From: Candidatus Thorarchaeota archaeon
Lineage (GTDB): Archaea > Asgardarchaeota > Thorarchaeia > Thorarchaeales > Thorarchaeaceae
Direction of reading: 5' to 3'
DNA length: 32,000 bases
Assembly (NCBI GenBank): GCA_003345555.1
Contig: PRDJ01000039.1
Span: forward strand, 30,001-62,000
The translations under genes were made by a program, and so were the position numbers. The notes beneath the pieces were generated by a model, which worked only from the letters and a program-made list of their open reading frames with translations, had not been told where the DNA came from and made no database searches. Positions 1-8,327 of this stretch are shown in pieces. Numbering within the stretch: the stretch's first letter is position 1; the number at the start of each line of letters is the position of its first letter.

Positions 1-87
1 TGTCGGCAATGCGATATTCACGGGGGCCCGCACGTCTTTGGTTAATCTAGATCCGGATTCCGTCCCCTTTCGCCAGGCACCATCTGC

Positions 88-372
88 CTAGTGATGAGTC
101 AGGGCCTCTTCAACAACGCTGAGTGAGACCTTGGGACTTGCAGACTCCATTTCCTTTAGTTGCTTGCGCGCTTTCTCGGTAATCTCGAATCGAGGACCGC
201 CTGTCAGAGACCAATCCCTGGACTCGACACGTCGAGCAAGCCCTGCCTTCTCGAGAGACTCAAGAATCGGCAACGGTTCTGCAATATTCGTATGCAATGA
301 CACGAAACCCAGTGGGCAGGATCCCTTAGCCATATCCAGCGCTTGTAGTACAGTAATCATTTTCTTGTCCAT
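88..372 (-). CDS. Small hypothetical protein (94 aa), winged-helix-like, probably co-transcribed with the upstream GDH-family gene
   Basis: GAGGTGA RBS (377-383, minus strand) 4 nt before the ATG; 24 nt downstream of the 397 stop; pattern ILESLEKAGLARR...RFEITEKARKQL resembles a wHTH recognition helix plus wing. Confidence 0.7.
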   Translation of the reverse strand: MDKKMITVLQALDMAKGSCPLGFVSLHTNIAEPLPILESLEKAGLARRVESRDWSLTGGPRFEITEKARKQLKEMESASPKVSLSVVEEALTHH

Positions 373-396
373 TCTTTCACCTCATTTCGTTCTTGA

Positions 397-1623
397 TCAA
401 TGACTCCCCTTGTTGATGCGTCGTTCCATTGCTTTCTGGACCCTTTCCTTTGCAATCATCATTGCAACGGCCCTCGGAAGCATCACGACATCACCGCTGA
501 TTGAGCTGGTCAACACCAGCTTCGTGTTCTCCCTGATCTTGGAATCGATCATGGCGAACGCTTCATCGATGCTCTTGCCAAGATACTCAGCATAAGAGCC
601 TATCACGCCTCCAGAGTTGGCAAGCATATCGGGCAGAATTAGAATGCCCTTCTTGAAGAGTATCTCTTCTCCGGCTGGAGTCGTCGGGTTGTTTGCACCT
701 TCAACTATGAGCCCTGCTCTGATCTTGCTTGCATTGCGGTCCGTGATGACATTTCCAACCGCAGCCGGAATCAGCACATCACATTCTACTTCGAGAACCT
801 CGTCTCTGCCAATCTCTTTGGCTCCCTTGCAGTGTTTACAGGAGTGTGCCTCATCTGTTGCGTACGCATGCTTCATTGCTACGTCAATGTCAATGCCTTT
901 GGCACTGTAAGCTCCTCCCCAGAAGTCTCCTATGGCTACGATTTTTGCACCCTTGCGAACGAGATACTTAGCCACTTCCGATCCCACATTGCCAAATCCA
1001 TGGATTGCGACTGTGAGACCATCGACTGTCTTTTGGACCGGGACAAACTCAGAGAGTATGCCTAGCGTTGTCTCTATACCGACCCCAAGTCCGAAACCCG
1101 TCGTTCCAAGTTCATGAGGAATTCCTCCCATTCTCTCAGGCTTTCCAGTTGCAGCCTTCTTGTCGCCAATGACTTCGACAAATGCTGCGATTTCTTCTTC
1201 ACCTACGTTCATGTCAGGGGCAGAAACCCATTCGTCTGGCACGTGAGCTGATACAGCTCTTGCGAATGACCTGACATAGGACAGCTTGTCAATTGAATAT
1301 GGATCTGCATTAATGCCGCCTTTGGCTCCTCCGAATGGAAGACCCGCAAGTGAGCATTTCCAGGTCATTGTCCTCGCTAGGCCGAAGACTTCATGCGGCG
1401 TTAGGCCTGCTCTGATTCTAAAGCCGCCCTTTCCTGGGCCCAGTGCCGTATTGTCTATGATGAGCATCCCTTCCATACCCAGGTTCGGGTCATAGACACG
1501 AAGGACCTTCTCAGGGCCCCATTTGTCACTGAAAGCAGCAACGTTAACATCCTCGAGCATTCGCTCGAGCATAGCCATCTGCTGCGATTGAACTTCTGTC
1601 GATGCATCCTTCAATGTTGCCAT
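397..1623 (-). CDS. gdh: Glu/Leu/Phe/Val dehydrogenase family protein (divergent glutamate dehydrogenase-like, 408 aa)
   Basis: GPGKGGFR, MTWKC, PFGGAKGG (catalytic Lys), SAPD, Rossmann GFGNVG, EGANNP, PDMLANSGGV. Confidence 0.92.
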   Translation of the reverse strand: MATLKDASTEVQSQQMAMLERMLEDVNVAAFSDKWGPEKVLRVYDPNLGMEGMLIIDNTALGPGKGGFRIRAGLTPHEVFGLARTMTWKCSLAGLPFGGAKGGINADPYSIDKLSYVRSFARAVSAHVPDEWVSAPDMNVGEEEIAAFVEVIGDKKAATGKPERMGGIPHELGTTGFGLGVGIETTLGILSEFVPVQKTVDGLTVAIHGFGNVGSEVAKYLVRKGAKIVAIGDFWGGAYSAKGIDIDVAMKHAYATDEAHSCKHCKGAKEIGRDEVLEVECDVLIPAAVGNVITDRNASKIRAGLIVEGANNPTTPAGEEILFKKGILILPDMLANSGGVIGSYAEYLGKSIDEAFAMIDSKIRENTKLVLTSSISGDVVMLPRAVAMMIAKERVQKAMERRINKGSH

Positions 1624-1842
1624 TCTTCATCGCTCTTCTGGCTTCTTTGTTGAAGCTCGTGCCTTTCTCGCCGAGTGGAGTACACTTAACTCCGGTGGAC
1701 CCCCGACCGGAGACCAGTGCCAAAGAATGTACCAAAGTGGCTTGGAAAGTGCATTTGCATACCATTCATCCAGACGTTATGTGCAGAAAGTACACTTATA
1801 GTGGGCTTGCCTACCGCTGGCATTTTTGGTATTGCATTCACA

Positions 1843-1857
1843 CAAAAGTATTAATTA
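1843..1857 (+). promoter_or_regulatory. Putative BRE/TATA box for the Lrp-like regulator (leaderless-type spacing)
   Basis: CAAAAG-TATTAATTA ending ~22 nt before the GTG at 1879. Confidence 0.5.
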
Positions 1858-1878
1858 TGTCACATTGGTCCCATCTGT

Positions 1879-2961
1879 GTGCCAGATCTTCTATCCGACA
1901 AGAGCAATCTCACTATTCTTGAGGAATTGGTATCGGGACAAGCGGTTGGTGTCAATCTTAGCGAACTTTCTCGGGTTCTAGGTCATCATAGGCACACAAT
2001 TGCAGGCAGGGTTCAAGACCTCATGGACCACGGAGTCCTAGATGTCCCACATGTTCCGTTCATCGGCTTGGGCAGGGTCTACCCTCTGTTCGTGATTCTA
2101 TACCTTGAAGCTCCAGATGACGCTCGATTTGAGAAATGGATTAAGGAAGACCCGTATATATTCGCGGCTTTCAGAACTAGGCAATCAGACTTCAACACCC
2201 TGCTGTTCGTATACCACCAGGACTTGACGAGCTATCTCCGGTGGAGGGAGTCCCTTCCCTCAATCATGAGAACTGAGTATGACATTCCCGAAGAGATGGC
2301 CTCATTTCTATCTAGTTCATTCTATCACTCTAACGAACTGACAATCAAACATGAACCCTCTTCTGGGTTGAGTCTTATGATGAAGGAGGCTCACCATAAC
2401 AACTCTCAGCATCTGAACGGACTTAGTCTCGCAGACCTTGATTTCGAGATACTGAAGTGCCTTACTTCCGGTGTGGGTCTCAAGATCAATGAAGCACATT
2501 TGTGTCAGAAGACGGGATTGCATCGAAAGACTGTCGAGAAGCGAATTGCGTCGATGATGGAGGAAGAATACATCTCCCGCCCGGTGTGCAATTTTCCCAA
2601 CTACTTCGTCCCTCCTGACTACATACTGACACTGTCGCTGGTAGAGGTGAAGAAACAGTGGGAGAAAATCGTGCGCGAGATTGTTGTCGACCCGCATGTT
2701 CCCATGGCTCTCAGGACCGTGCAAGGAAGGTACAATCTCCTAATACTCGGAAACCACGAGAGCATAGGCGACTATCTTCAATGGGACGAAGGATACAGGG
2801 AGAGATTCCCTGGGGCATTTGGTGGTGCCAGCGTTACATACCTGACACCCCGCATGACCATCTCCTTCAACTACAATATCGTTGCTCTGATGTTCATCCG
2901 GAAGAAAATGGAGATGTATAAAGGAAGAAAGTTCAGGGAGCTTCTTGAACCAAGACACTAG
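1879..2961 (+). CDS. Tandem (double) Lrp/AsnC-like transcriptional regulator (360 aa)
   Basis: Two HTH segments (LSELSRVLGHHRHTIAGRVQDL; EAHLCQKTGLHRKTVEKRIASM), each followed by a RAM-like alpha/beta domain (…FRTRQSDFNTLLFVY…; …LRTVQGRYNLLILG…). GTG start. Confidence 0.75.
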   Translation: MPDLLSDKSNLTILEELVSGQAVGVNLSELSRVLGHHRHTIAGRVQDLMDHGVLDVPHVPFIGLGRVYPLFVILYLEAPDDARFEKWIKEDPYIFAAFRTRQSDFNTLLFVYHQDLTSYLRWRESLPSIMRTEYDIPEEMASFLSSSFYHSNELTIKHEPSSGLSLMMKEAHHNNSQHLNGLSLADLDFEILKCLTSGVGLKINEAHLCQKTGLHRKTVEKRIASMMEEEYISRPVCNFPNYFVPPDYILTLSLVEVKKQWEKIVREIVVDPHVPMALRTVQGRYNLLILGNHESIGDYLQWDEGYRERFPGAFGGASVTYLTPRMTISFNYNIVALMFIRKKMEMYKGRKFRELLEPRH

Positions 2962-3316
2962 ATCATCGCATTCGAGGGTTCATGCGGAGAACTAGTCTTC
3001 CAGCGTGAGCTCGCGAGAAATAAAGCCACACTGAAGTCCTTTGGCCTTCATCGATAGTGGCCGTATGCTCTGTGCTCGGACACGATTGCACGAGACCGCC
3101 AGAATGACATATCAGTCCATCAGTCTGAGCCAAGATTGCTGCATTTGGAATCAGAAATGCTCTTGGGTGCAAGAAGCTCGTAAAAACAGGGTCCTGATTG
3201 TCCACGGTTGCTATTTGACCGTGCATCTTTAATAGGTGGAGCTTCAAGCCGCGGATGGCTTCCTTATCACTTCTCAAGGGAGGAATATCAACTTGGAAGA
3301 GGAAACACACGGCAGC

Positions 3317-4561
3317 ATGGCTAACAACCCGTTCGAAATCGCTCAGCACCAGATTGACATCGTCGCGAAGCGATTAAAGGTCGATCCGGGCATAATTGAA
3401 ATCATAAAACAACCCAAACGCGTCTTGGAAGTGGCAGTTCCCATAAGGATGGACAACGGTCAGTTGCGGGTCTTCCGCGGTTACAGAGTCCAACACAATG
3501 ATGCGCGCGGTCCCTTCAAAGGTGGCATCCGGTACGGTCCAGGAGTAAACATGGATGAGGTGAAGGCACTCGCTACTTGGATGTCAATGAAAACAGCAGT
3601 AATGGACATTCCATACGGTGGAGGAAAAGGCGGAATCATATGCAACCCCAAAGAGATGAGCAGCGCCGAGCTTGAGAGGCTGACCCGCAGATTCACCGCC
3701 GAGATTAGCTCTATCATCGGACCACTGAAGGATATCCCTGCTCCCGATGTGAACACGAACCCGCAGACGATGGCTTGGATAATGGATACCTATAGCGCTA
3801 CTATGGGCATCGCTGAGCCCGCAGTTGTGACAGGTAAGCCCATCTCCCTTGGGGGATCCCTCGGTCGAAACGAAGCCACTTCTCGTGGTGTTGTGATATG
3901 TGCCAGAGAGGCAGCCAAGGTGACCGGAGCAAAGCTTCAGGGCGCCACTGTGGCAGTAACTGGATACGGAAACGTTGGCTACAATTCGGCATGGCTTGCT
4001 CAAGAACTTCGCATGAGAGTTGTCGCTTGTAGCGACTCCCAAGGCGCTATCTACAATCCAGATGGTTTGGATGCTCGAAAAGTCGGTGATTTCAAGGCAA
4101 GGACTGGCACGGTCAAGGGTTACCCTGGATCGAAAGAGATTCCCATTGACAAAGTGGTCGAACTGGATGTCGATTTTCTGTTCCCCTGCGCTCTGGAAAA
4201 TGAGATTACATCGACTAACGTAGAATCAGTGAATGCGAAGATTATCATTGAGGGCGCAAATGGTCCCACCACACCCGAAGCTGATGAAGTTCTATACAGA
4301 AATGGAACCTTCCTTGTTCCTGACATCTTGGCCAATGCCGGAGGAGTGACGGTCTCTTACTTCGAATGGCTTCAGAACCTACGGCGCGAGTATTGGACTG
4401 AACAGGAAGTTAATGTTAAACTCGAGGCACGCATGGTGAAGGCATTTCATGAAGTCTATGACATTGCCAAGAAGGAAAACGTCCACATGAGAACGGCAGC
4501 ATTCATGCTGGCCGTGGGCAGAATAGCATCAGTTATGGAGACGCGTGGTCTGTTTCCATAG
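3317..4561 (+). CDS. gdhA: Glutamate dehydrogenase (414 aa from ATG 3317; alternative TTG start at 3293 with GGGAGGA 8 nt upstream)
   Basis: YRVQHNDARGPFKGGIRY, MSMKTA, YGGGKGG, DIPAPDVNT, GRNEATSRG, GYGNVG, EGANGP, PDILANAGGVTVSYFEW. ORF-track start 3236 is probably too early. Confidence 0.96.
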   Translation: MANNPFEIAQHQIDIVAKRLKVDPGIIEIIKQPKRVLEVAVPIRMDNGQLRVFRGYRVQHNDARGPFKGGIRYGPGVNMDEVKALATWMSMKTAVMDIPYGGGKGGIICNPKEMSSAELERLTRRFTAEISSIIGPLKDIPAPDVNTNPQTMAWIMDTYSATMGIAEPAVVTGKPISLGGSLGRNEATSRGVVICAREAAKVTGAKLQGATVAVTGYGNVGYNSAWLAQELRMRVVACSDSQGAIYNPDGLDARKVGDFKARTGTVKGYPGSKEIPIDKVVELDVDFLFPCALENEITSTNVESVNAKIIIEGANGPTTPEADEVLYRNGTFLVPDILANAGGVTVSYFEWLQNLRREYWTEQEVNVKLEARMVKAFHEVYDIAKKENVHMRTAAFMLAVGRIASVMETRGLFP

Positions 4562-4578
4562 AGTTCCATAGGGTACTC

Positions 4579-4615
4579 GGAGGACTATCCATCAGGATGG
4601 TCCTCCACTTCTTTT
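4579..4615 (+). terminator. Hairpin plus pyrimidine tract downstream of the + strand gdhA
   Basis: GGAGGACTATCC (4579-4590) / GGATGGTCCTCC (4595-4606): 12-bp stem with one G-U and a 4-nt loop, then ACTTCTTTT. Confidence 0.65.
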
Positions 4616-4776
4616 ACACATCGGCATGGATCATGCGGTGGAAACACTGGAGAATAAGTGGCACTAGGGTGAGCACGTGCACCAGCAAAAATCAGTGCCT
4701 CGAACGAGGAGGCACGAGTTGCGCATGATGTCTCCAACATTCTCACTAATCACTGGCCAAATTGCATTAAGATGGG

Positions 4777-4811
4777 CCGAAGGAGTCCTCGTGAGGAGGT
4801 CCCTCCTTCGG
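4777..4811 (-). terminator. Hairpin downstream of the - strand gdhA
   Basis: CCGAAGGAG (4777-4785) / CTCCTTCGG (4803-4811) perfect 9-bp inverted repeat 23 nt past the stop at 4835. Confidence 0.5.
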
Positions 4812-4834
4812 TCAGACAAATAACAACTACACTA

Positions 4835-6097
4835 CTATGGGAATATGCCTCTGAGCTCTATCGCCCTAGCGACTCTTTTTACCGCCAGTGCGAGCGCAGC
4901 AGTTCGAAGAGTCTTGATGTTGAACTCCATTGCAGTCTTATTGACTTCGTCAAATGACTTGACTAGGATGTCTCGAAGCGCCTGGCTAACCTGCTGCTCA
5001 CTCCAGAAGAAGTGCTGCAATCCCTGAACCCATTCGAAGTAGGACACAGTAACACCGCCTGCGTTTGCAAGTACGTCCGGAACTACTGTCGTTCCTTTTT
5101 CTGCCAGAATAGCATCGGCTTCCGGAGTAGTGGGACCGTTGGCCCCTTCAACTATCAGGGATGCCTGAATGGAATCCGCATTGTCCTCTGTAATTGCGTC
5201 GCCCATAGCGCATGGCGCAATAATGGGCACATCCAGTCCGAAGAGCTCTTTGTTGGTTATGGAGTCCGCACCTGGAAAACCTTCAACCGACCTCTTCGGG
5301 TGCTTTGCGGCATAGTCGGCCAGCTTTGGGATATCGAGCCCGTGTGGATCGTAGGCACCACCGAAGGCATCTGCTACAGCTACGACTTTGAAGCCGCCTT
5401 GATGAGCGAATCTGCAAAAGTAGCTGCCCACGTTGCCGAAGCCTTGCACAGCAAGCTGTAACCCCCTAGTGCTTCGACCTTTCTGTCTCAAGGCTTCCTC
5501 CATCACATAGAACAGCCCTCTTCCCGTCGCCTCAGTTCTGCCAACACTGCCACCGATCTCCACTGGTTTGCCTGTAACGACGCTAAGCTCGGTGTGACCA
5601 GTCAGCATGGAATATGTGTCCAGCATCCACGACATAACCTCTGGGTTCGTGTTCACGTCCGGAGCAGGTATGTCTGATTCTGGCCCAATCATGTTGATCA
5701 GACTGTAAGTGAATCTTCGAGTCAATTTCTTTAGCTCACCAGAGCTGAGCTTCCACGGATCGCACACGACACCGCCTTTGGCCCCGCCGAATGGAATATT
5801 GACCACTGCAGTCTTCCAAGTCATCAATGCGGCCAAGGCTTTCACTTCGTCGAGGCTAAGGTCGGGCGAATATCGGATTCCGCCCTTGCATGGTCCTCGG
5901 TGATGTGAGTGCTGTACCCTGTAACCTTCAAACATTTCAAGATGGCCGTCGTCCATGATAACTGGGAAATAGGTTATCAGGATCTTATCCGGCTTCTCGA
6001 GAATCTTGAGTATGTTCTCGTCTAGCTTAATCGCTTCAGCTGCAAGGTGCAGCTGAGTCAGAACGTTCTCCCAAGGATTAGATTCTGGATTTGACAT
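4835..6097 (-). CDS. gdhA: Glutamate dehydrogenase (420 aa, starting MSNPESNPWENV)
   Basis: YRVQHSHHRGPCKGGIRY, MTWKTA, FGGAKGG, DIPAPDVNT, GRTEATGRG, GFGNVG, EGANGP, PDVLANAGGVTVSYFEW. Start reassigned from 6241 to ATG 6097 because homology begins there and a TATA box lies just upstream. Confidence 0.96.
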   Translation of the reverse strand: MSNPESNPWENVLTQLHLAAEAIKLDENILKILEKPDKILITYFPVIMDDGHLEMFEGYRVQHSHHRGPCKGGIRYSPDLSLDEVKALAALMTWKTAVVNIPFGGAKGGVVCDPWKLSSGELKKLTRRFTYSLINMIGPESDIPAPDVNTNPEVMSWMLDTYSMLTGHTELSVVTGKPVEIGGSVGRTEATGRGLFYVMEEALRQKGRSTRGLQLAVQGFGNVGSYFCRFAHQGGFKVVAVADAFGGAYDPHGLDIPKLADYAAKHPKRSVEGFPGADSITNKELFGLDVPIIAPCAMGDAITEDNADSIQASLIVEGANGPTTPEADAILAEKGTTVVPDVLANAGGVTVSYFEWVQGLQHFFWSEQQVSQALRDILVKSFDEVNKTAMEFNIKTLRTAALALAVKRVARAIELRGIFP

Positions 6098-6115
6098 AGT
6101 CAACCGTCCTGAGGT

Positions 6116-6123
6116 CTTTATAG
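6116..6123 (-). promoter_or_regulatory. TATA box for the - strand gdhA (leaderless-type)
   Basis: CTATAAAG on the minus strand, centred ~23 nt upstream of ATG 6097. Confidence 0.6.
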
Positions 6124-6408
6124 TGGAACCCGTTCGATTTGGTATTAAACGCTTTCCTAGGTACTCCTCGCCATTCGCGTGGAAACACTGTGTACAGGAG
6201 ATGGCTTGAGTTTTGTAGAATCCTTCATGTGATATGCACACGCAGCTATCCCCCGTTCGTGCGAAATCTGTTCGACCCGGAAAGCGGTCTCAGCGCCCTG
6301 TGCCACTACCTGCCTTCGAATCGAACAACACTTCAAGGGATTCAGATTCTGCAAACAACAGACTGCAACAGAACTGCAATTCTAACGAGCCCGTGGATGC
6401 ATCCTCTT

Positions 6409-7020
6409 CTATCTTCTTATGACTTCGAGGAGTTCTGCCAGCCGCGCCTTTACGTCGGTCTCCACAGTTCTCAACTCAGCGAGTTGCCGGATTTGGGACA
6501 TGCGGGCGGATCGGTAGTCAGCTTCCGATATCTTGCCGGTTCTTCGCTGAGCTTCAATCTTGTCCATCTGAGCAGCTATCTCGTTGCGCCTGTTGATAAC
6601 GAGTTCGAAGCCGTGCTTCAGTGACATCCATTCAATCATGGCATTACTTCGTTCTTCTTCCATGTGCTCGCGTTTTACTCTCTCTGCTTCCCTTTCTTTG
6701 AGCTTCTTGTTTGCGGTCCTGATCTGCTGCTGAAGCTCATACAATCTGGCTTCAACTTCTCTCTTCACTTCGATTATCTGTGTTGAAAGCTGCCATTTCT
6801 CCTTATACTGCTGAATATGCTCCTGCTCGGTTATCTCTCTCCTCGCGAGCTTCTCATCGAGTTTCGTGAGATCCATCTGCACTTGCTCGAGCTTTGCCTT
6901 GACTTCCTCGTATGACGCACGAAGGGCAGTCCACTCAACACTGAACTGGGTCAGAACCTCTTTCGGGTCTAGCTGTAGGTAGTCTTCGCCGCCCCCTTGG
7001 GGTCTTTGGCCATGACTCAT
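6409..7020 (-). CDS. Coiled-coil protein with an internal 101-aa duplication and (G)xI(S/T)ExxY-like motifs (203 aa)
   Basis: All-helical, E/K/R/Q/L-rich; EW..L...[YF]E.V and V.ARL.EL recur at an offset of 101 aa. Confidence 0.8.
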   Translation of the reverse strand: MSHGQRPQGGGEDYLQLDPKEVLTQFSVEWTALRASYEEVKAKLEQVQMDLTKLDEKLARREITEQEHIQQYKEKWQLSTQIIEVKREVEARLYELQQQIRTANKKLKEREAERVKREHMEEERSNAMIEWMSLKHGFELVINRRNEIAAQMDKIEAQRRTGKISEADYRSARMSQIRQLAELRTVETDVKARLAELLEVIRR

Positions 7021-7151
7021 CAGCTACATCCGTCCTTGTCTATCAACATAGTTGTCCTACAATGCCTTCACCAATTGGACCGACTTAAGCTTTTTCCGAA
7101 GAAAGTGATGCAGAATGGTATTCGCTAGAGGGAAACACGACACCATTTCAC

Positions 7152-7163
7152 CGAAAACTATAA
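7152..7163 (+). promoter_or_regulatory. BRE/TATA box for ilvE
   Basis: CGAAAA-CTATAA ~40 nt upstream of ATG 7202. Confidence 0.55.
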
Positions 7164-7201
7164 CGTGAGGGCCAGCAGGACTTTGGTCGTCGTGAAGGCA
7201 C

Positions 7202-8266
7202 ATGAATCTGAAGGTAGAACTTGTCCCGCCCGTAAGGAGGAAGCCAAAGCCCAAAGATCCTCTCAAGCTTCCTTTTGGATCAACCTTCACAGATCATATG
7301 TTCACAATGCGTTATCGGAATTCAGAATGGTCAGACCCTCAGATTGGACCCTACCAACCGCTGTCGCTCGACCCGGCTGCAATGTGCCTACACTATGGGC
7401 AAGGCATATTCGAAGGGATGAAGGCATATCGCAGAGCAGGGAAGGTCTATCTATTTCGCCCCCGGGACAACATCATGCGCTTGAACGATTCAGCCAAGAG
7501 AATGGTCATGCCAGAAGTTGACGTTGATTTTGTGCTTGGGTGCCTGAAAGAGCTGGTGAAAACCGAAAGGGACTGGATTCCCGACCTGCCCGGCACATCG
7601 TTATACATCAGACCGACGATGATTGCAGTTGAGCCTAAACTCGGCGTTAGAGCATCTCTCGAGTATTTGTTCTACATAATAGTAGGACCCGTTGGTCCGT
7701 ATTTTCCCGAAGGCTTTAACCCGCTGAAAATCATGGTTTCAGACAAGTATGTTAGGGCTGTGCGAGGAGGAGTAGGGTTTTCAAAGACAATGGGCAACTA
7801 CGCCGCCAGTCTCTTGGGGGGCAAAGAGGCATCAGATGCAGGTTGTTCCCAAGTACTGTGGCTGGATGCTATTGAACGTAAGTACGTCGAAGAGACAAGC
7901 ACCATGAATGTGTTTGTCAAGTTTGACAAGGAGCTGGCCACGCCGCCTCTGGATGGGACGATACTGCCTGGCATAACGAGACATTCTGTGATTCGAATAG
8001 CGAAGGACTGGAATCTAACTGTGAACGAACGTCGTGTTTCCATTGACGAGATTGCCGACGGAACGAAGTCAGGAAAGGTCAAGGAATTGTTCGGCGCCGG
8101 TACTGCGGCCACTATAGCTCCCATTGGAGAGCTTTTGTACCAAGGGAAATCATACGTTGTGTCCGGTGGCAAGACTGGTGACCTGACCCGCAGGCTATAT
8201 GACGAACTCACTGCCCTACAGTGCGGCGAAGGAAAGGACAAATATGGCTGGGTTGTGAGCGTCTGA
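7202..8266 (+). CDS. ilvE: Branched-chain amino acid aminotransferase (PLP fold IV, 354 aa)
   Basis: LHYGQGIFEGMKAY, LYIRP, SKTMGNY (PLP Lys), EETSTMN, GTILPGITR, GAGTAA. Confidence 0.96.
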   Translation: MNLKVELVPPVRRKPKPKDPLKLPFGSTFTDHMFTMRYRNSEWSDPQIGPYQPLSLDPAAMCLHYGQGIFEGMKAYRRAGKVYLFRPRDNIMRLNDSAKRMVMPEVDVDFVLGCLKELVKTERDWIPDLPGTSLYIRPTMIAVEPKLGVRASLEYLFYIIVGPVGPYFPEGFNPLKIMVSDKYVRAVRGGVGFSKTMGNYAASLLGGKEASDAGCSQVLWLDAIERKYVEETSTMNVFVKFDKELATPPLDGTILPGITRHSVIRIAKDWNLTVNERRVSIDEIADGTKSGKVKELFGAGTAATIAPIGELLYQGKSYVVSGGKTGDLTRRLYDELTALQCGEGKDKYGWVVSV

Positions 8267-8327
8267 TTCGTCTCCTGATGCATATCTATATCCGTTGTCC
8301 ATGGCTTGAACTTCGAATCATAGTGAG

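Noticed and set aside
2963-3349. 128-aa minus-strand ORF between the regulator and gdhA
   Set aside because: Overlaps the gdhA promoter and 5' end; no motifs or RBS.
6098-6241. 48-aa N-terminal extension of the minus-strand GDH given by the ORF track
   Set aside because: Not homologous to GDH and spans the TATA box; similar over-long starts were rejected at 3236, 13469, 13478, 24127 and 31546.
6349-6379. Three CTGCAA units in a short tandem array
   Set aside because: Too short and irregular for a CRISPR or iteron array; likely chance or slippage.
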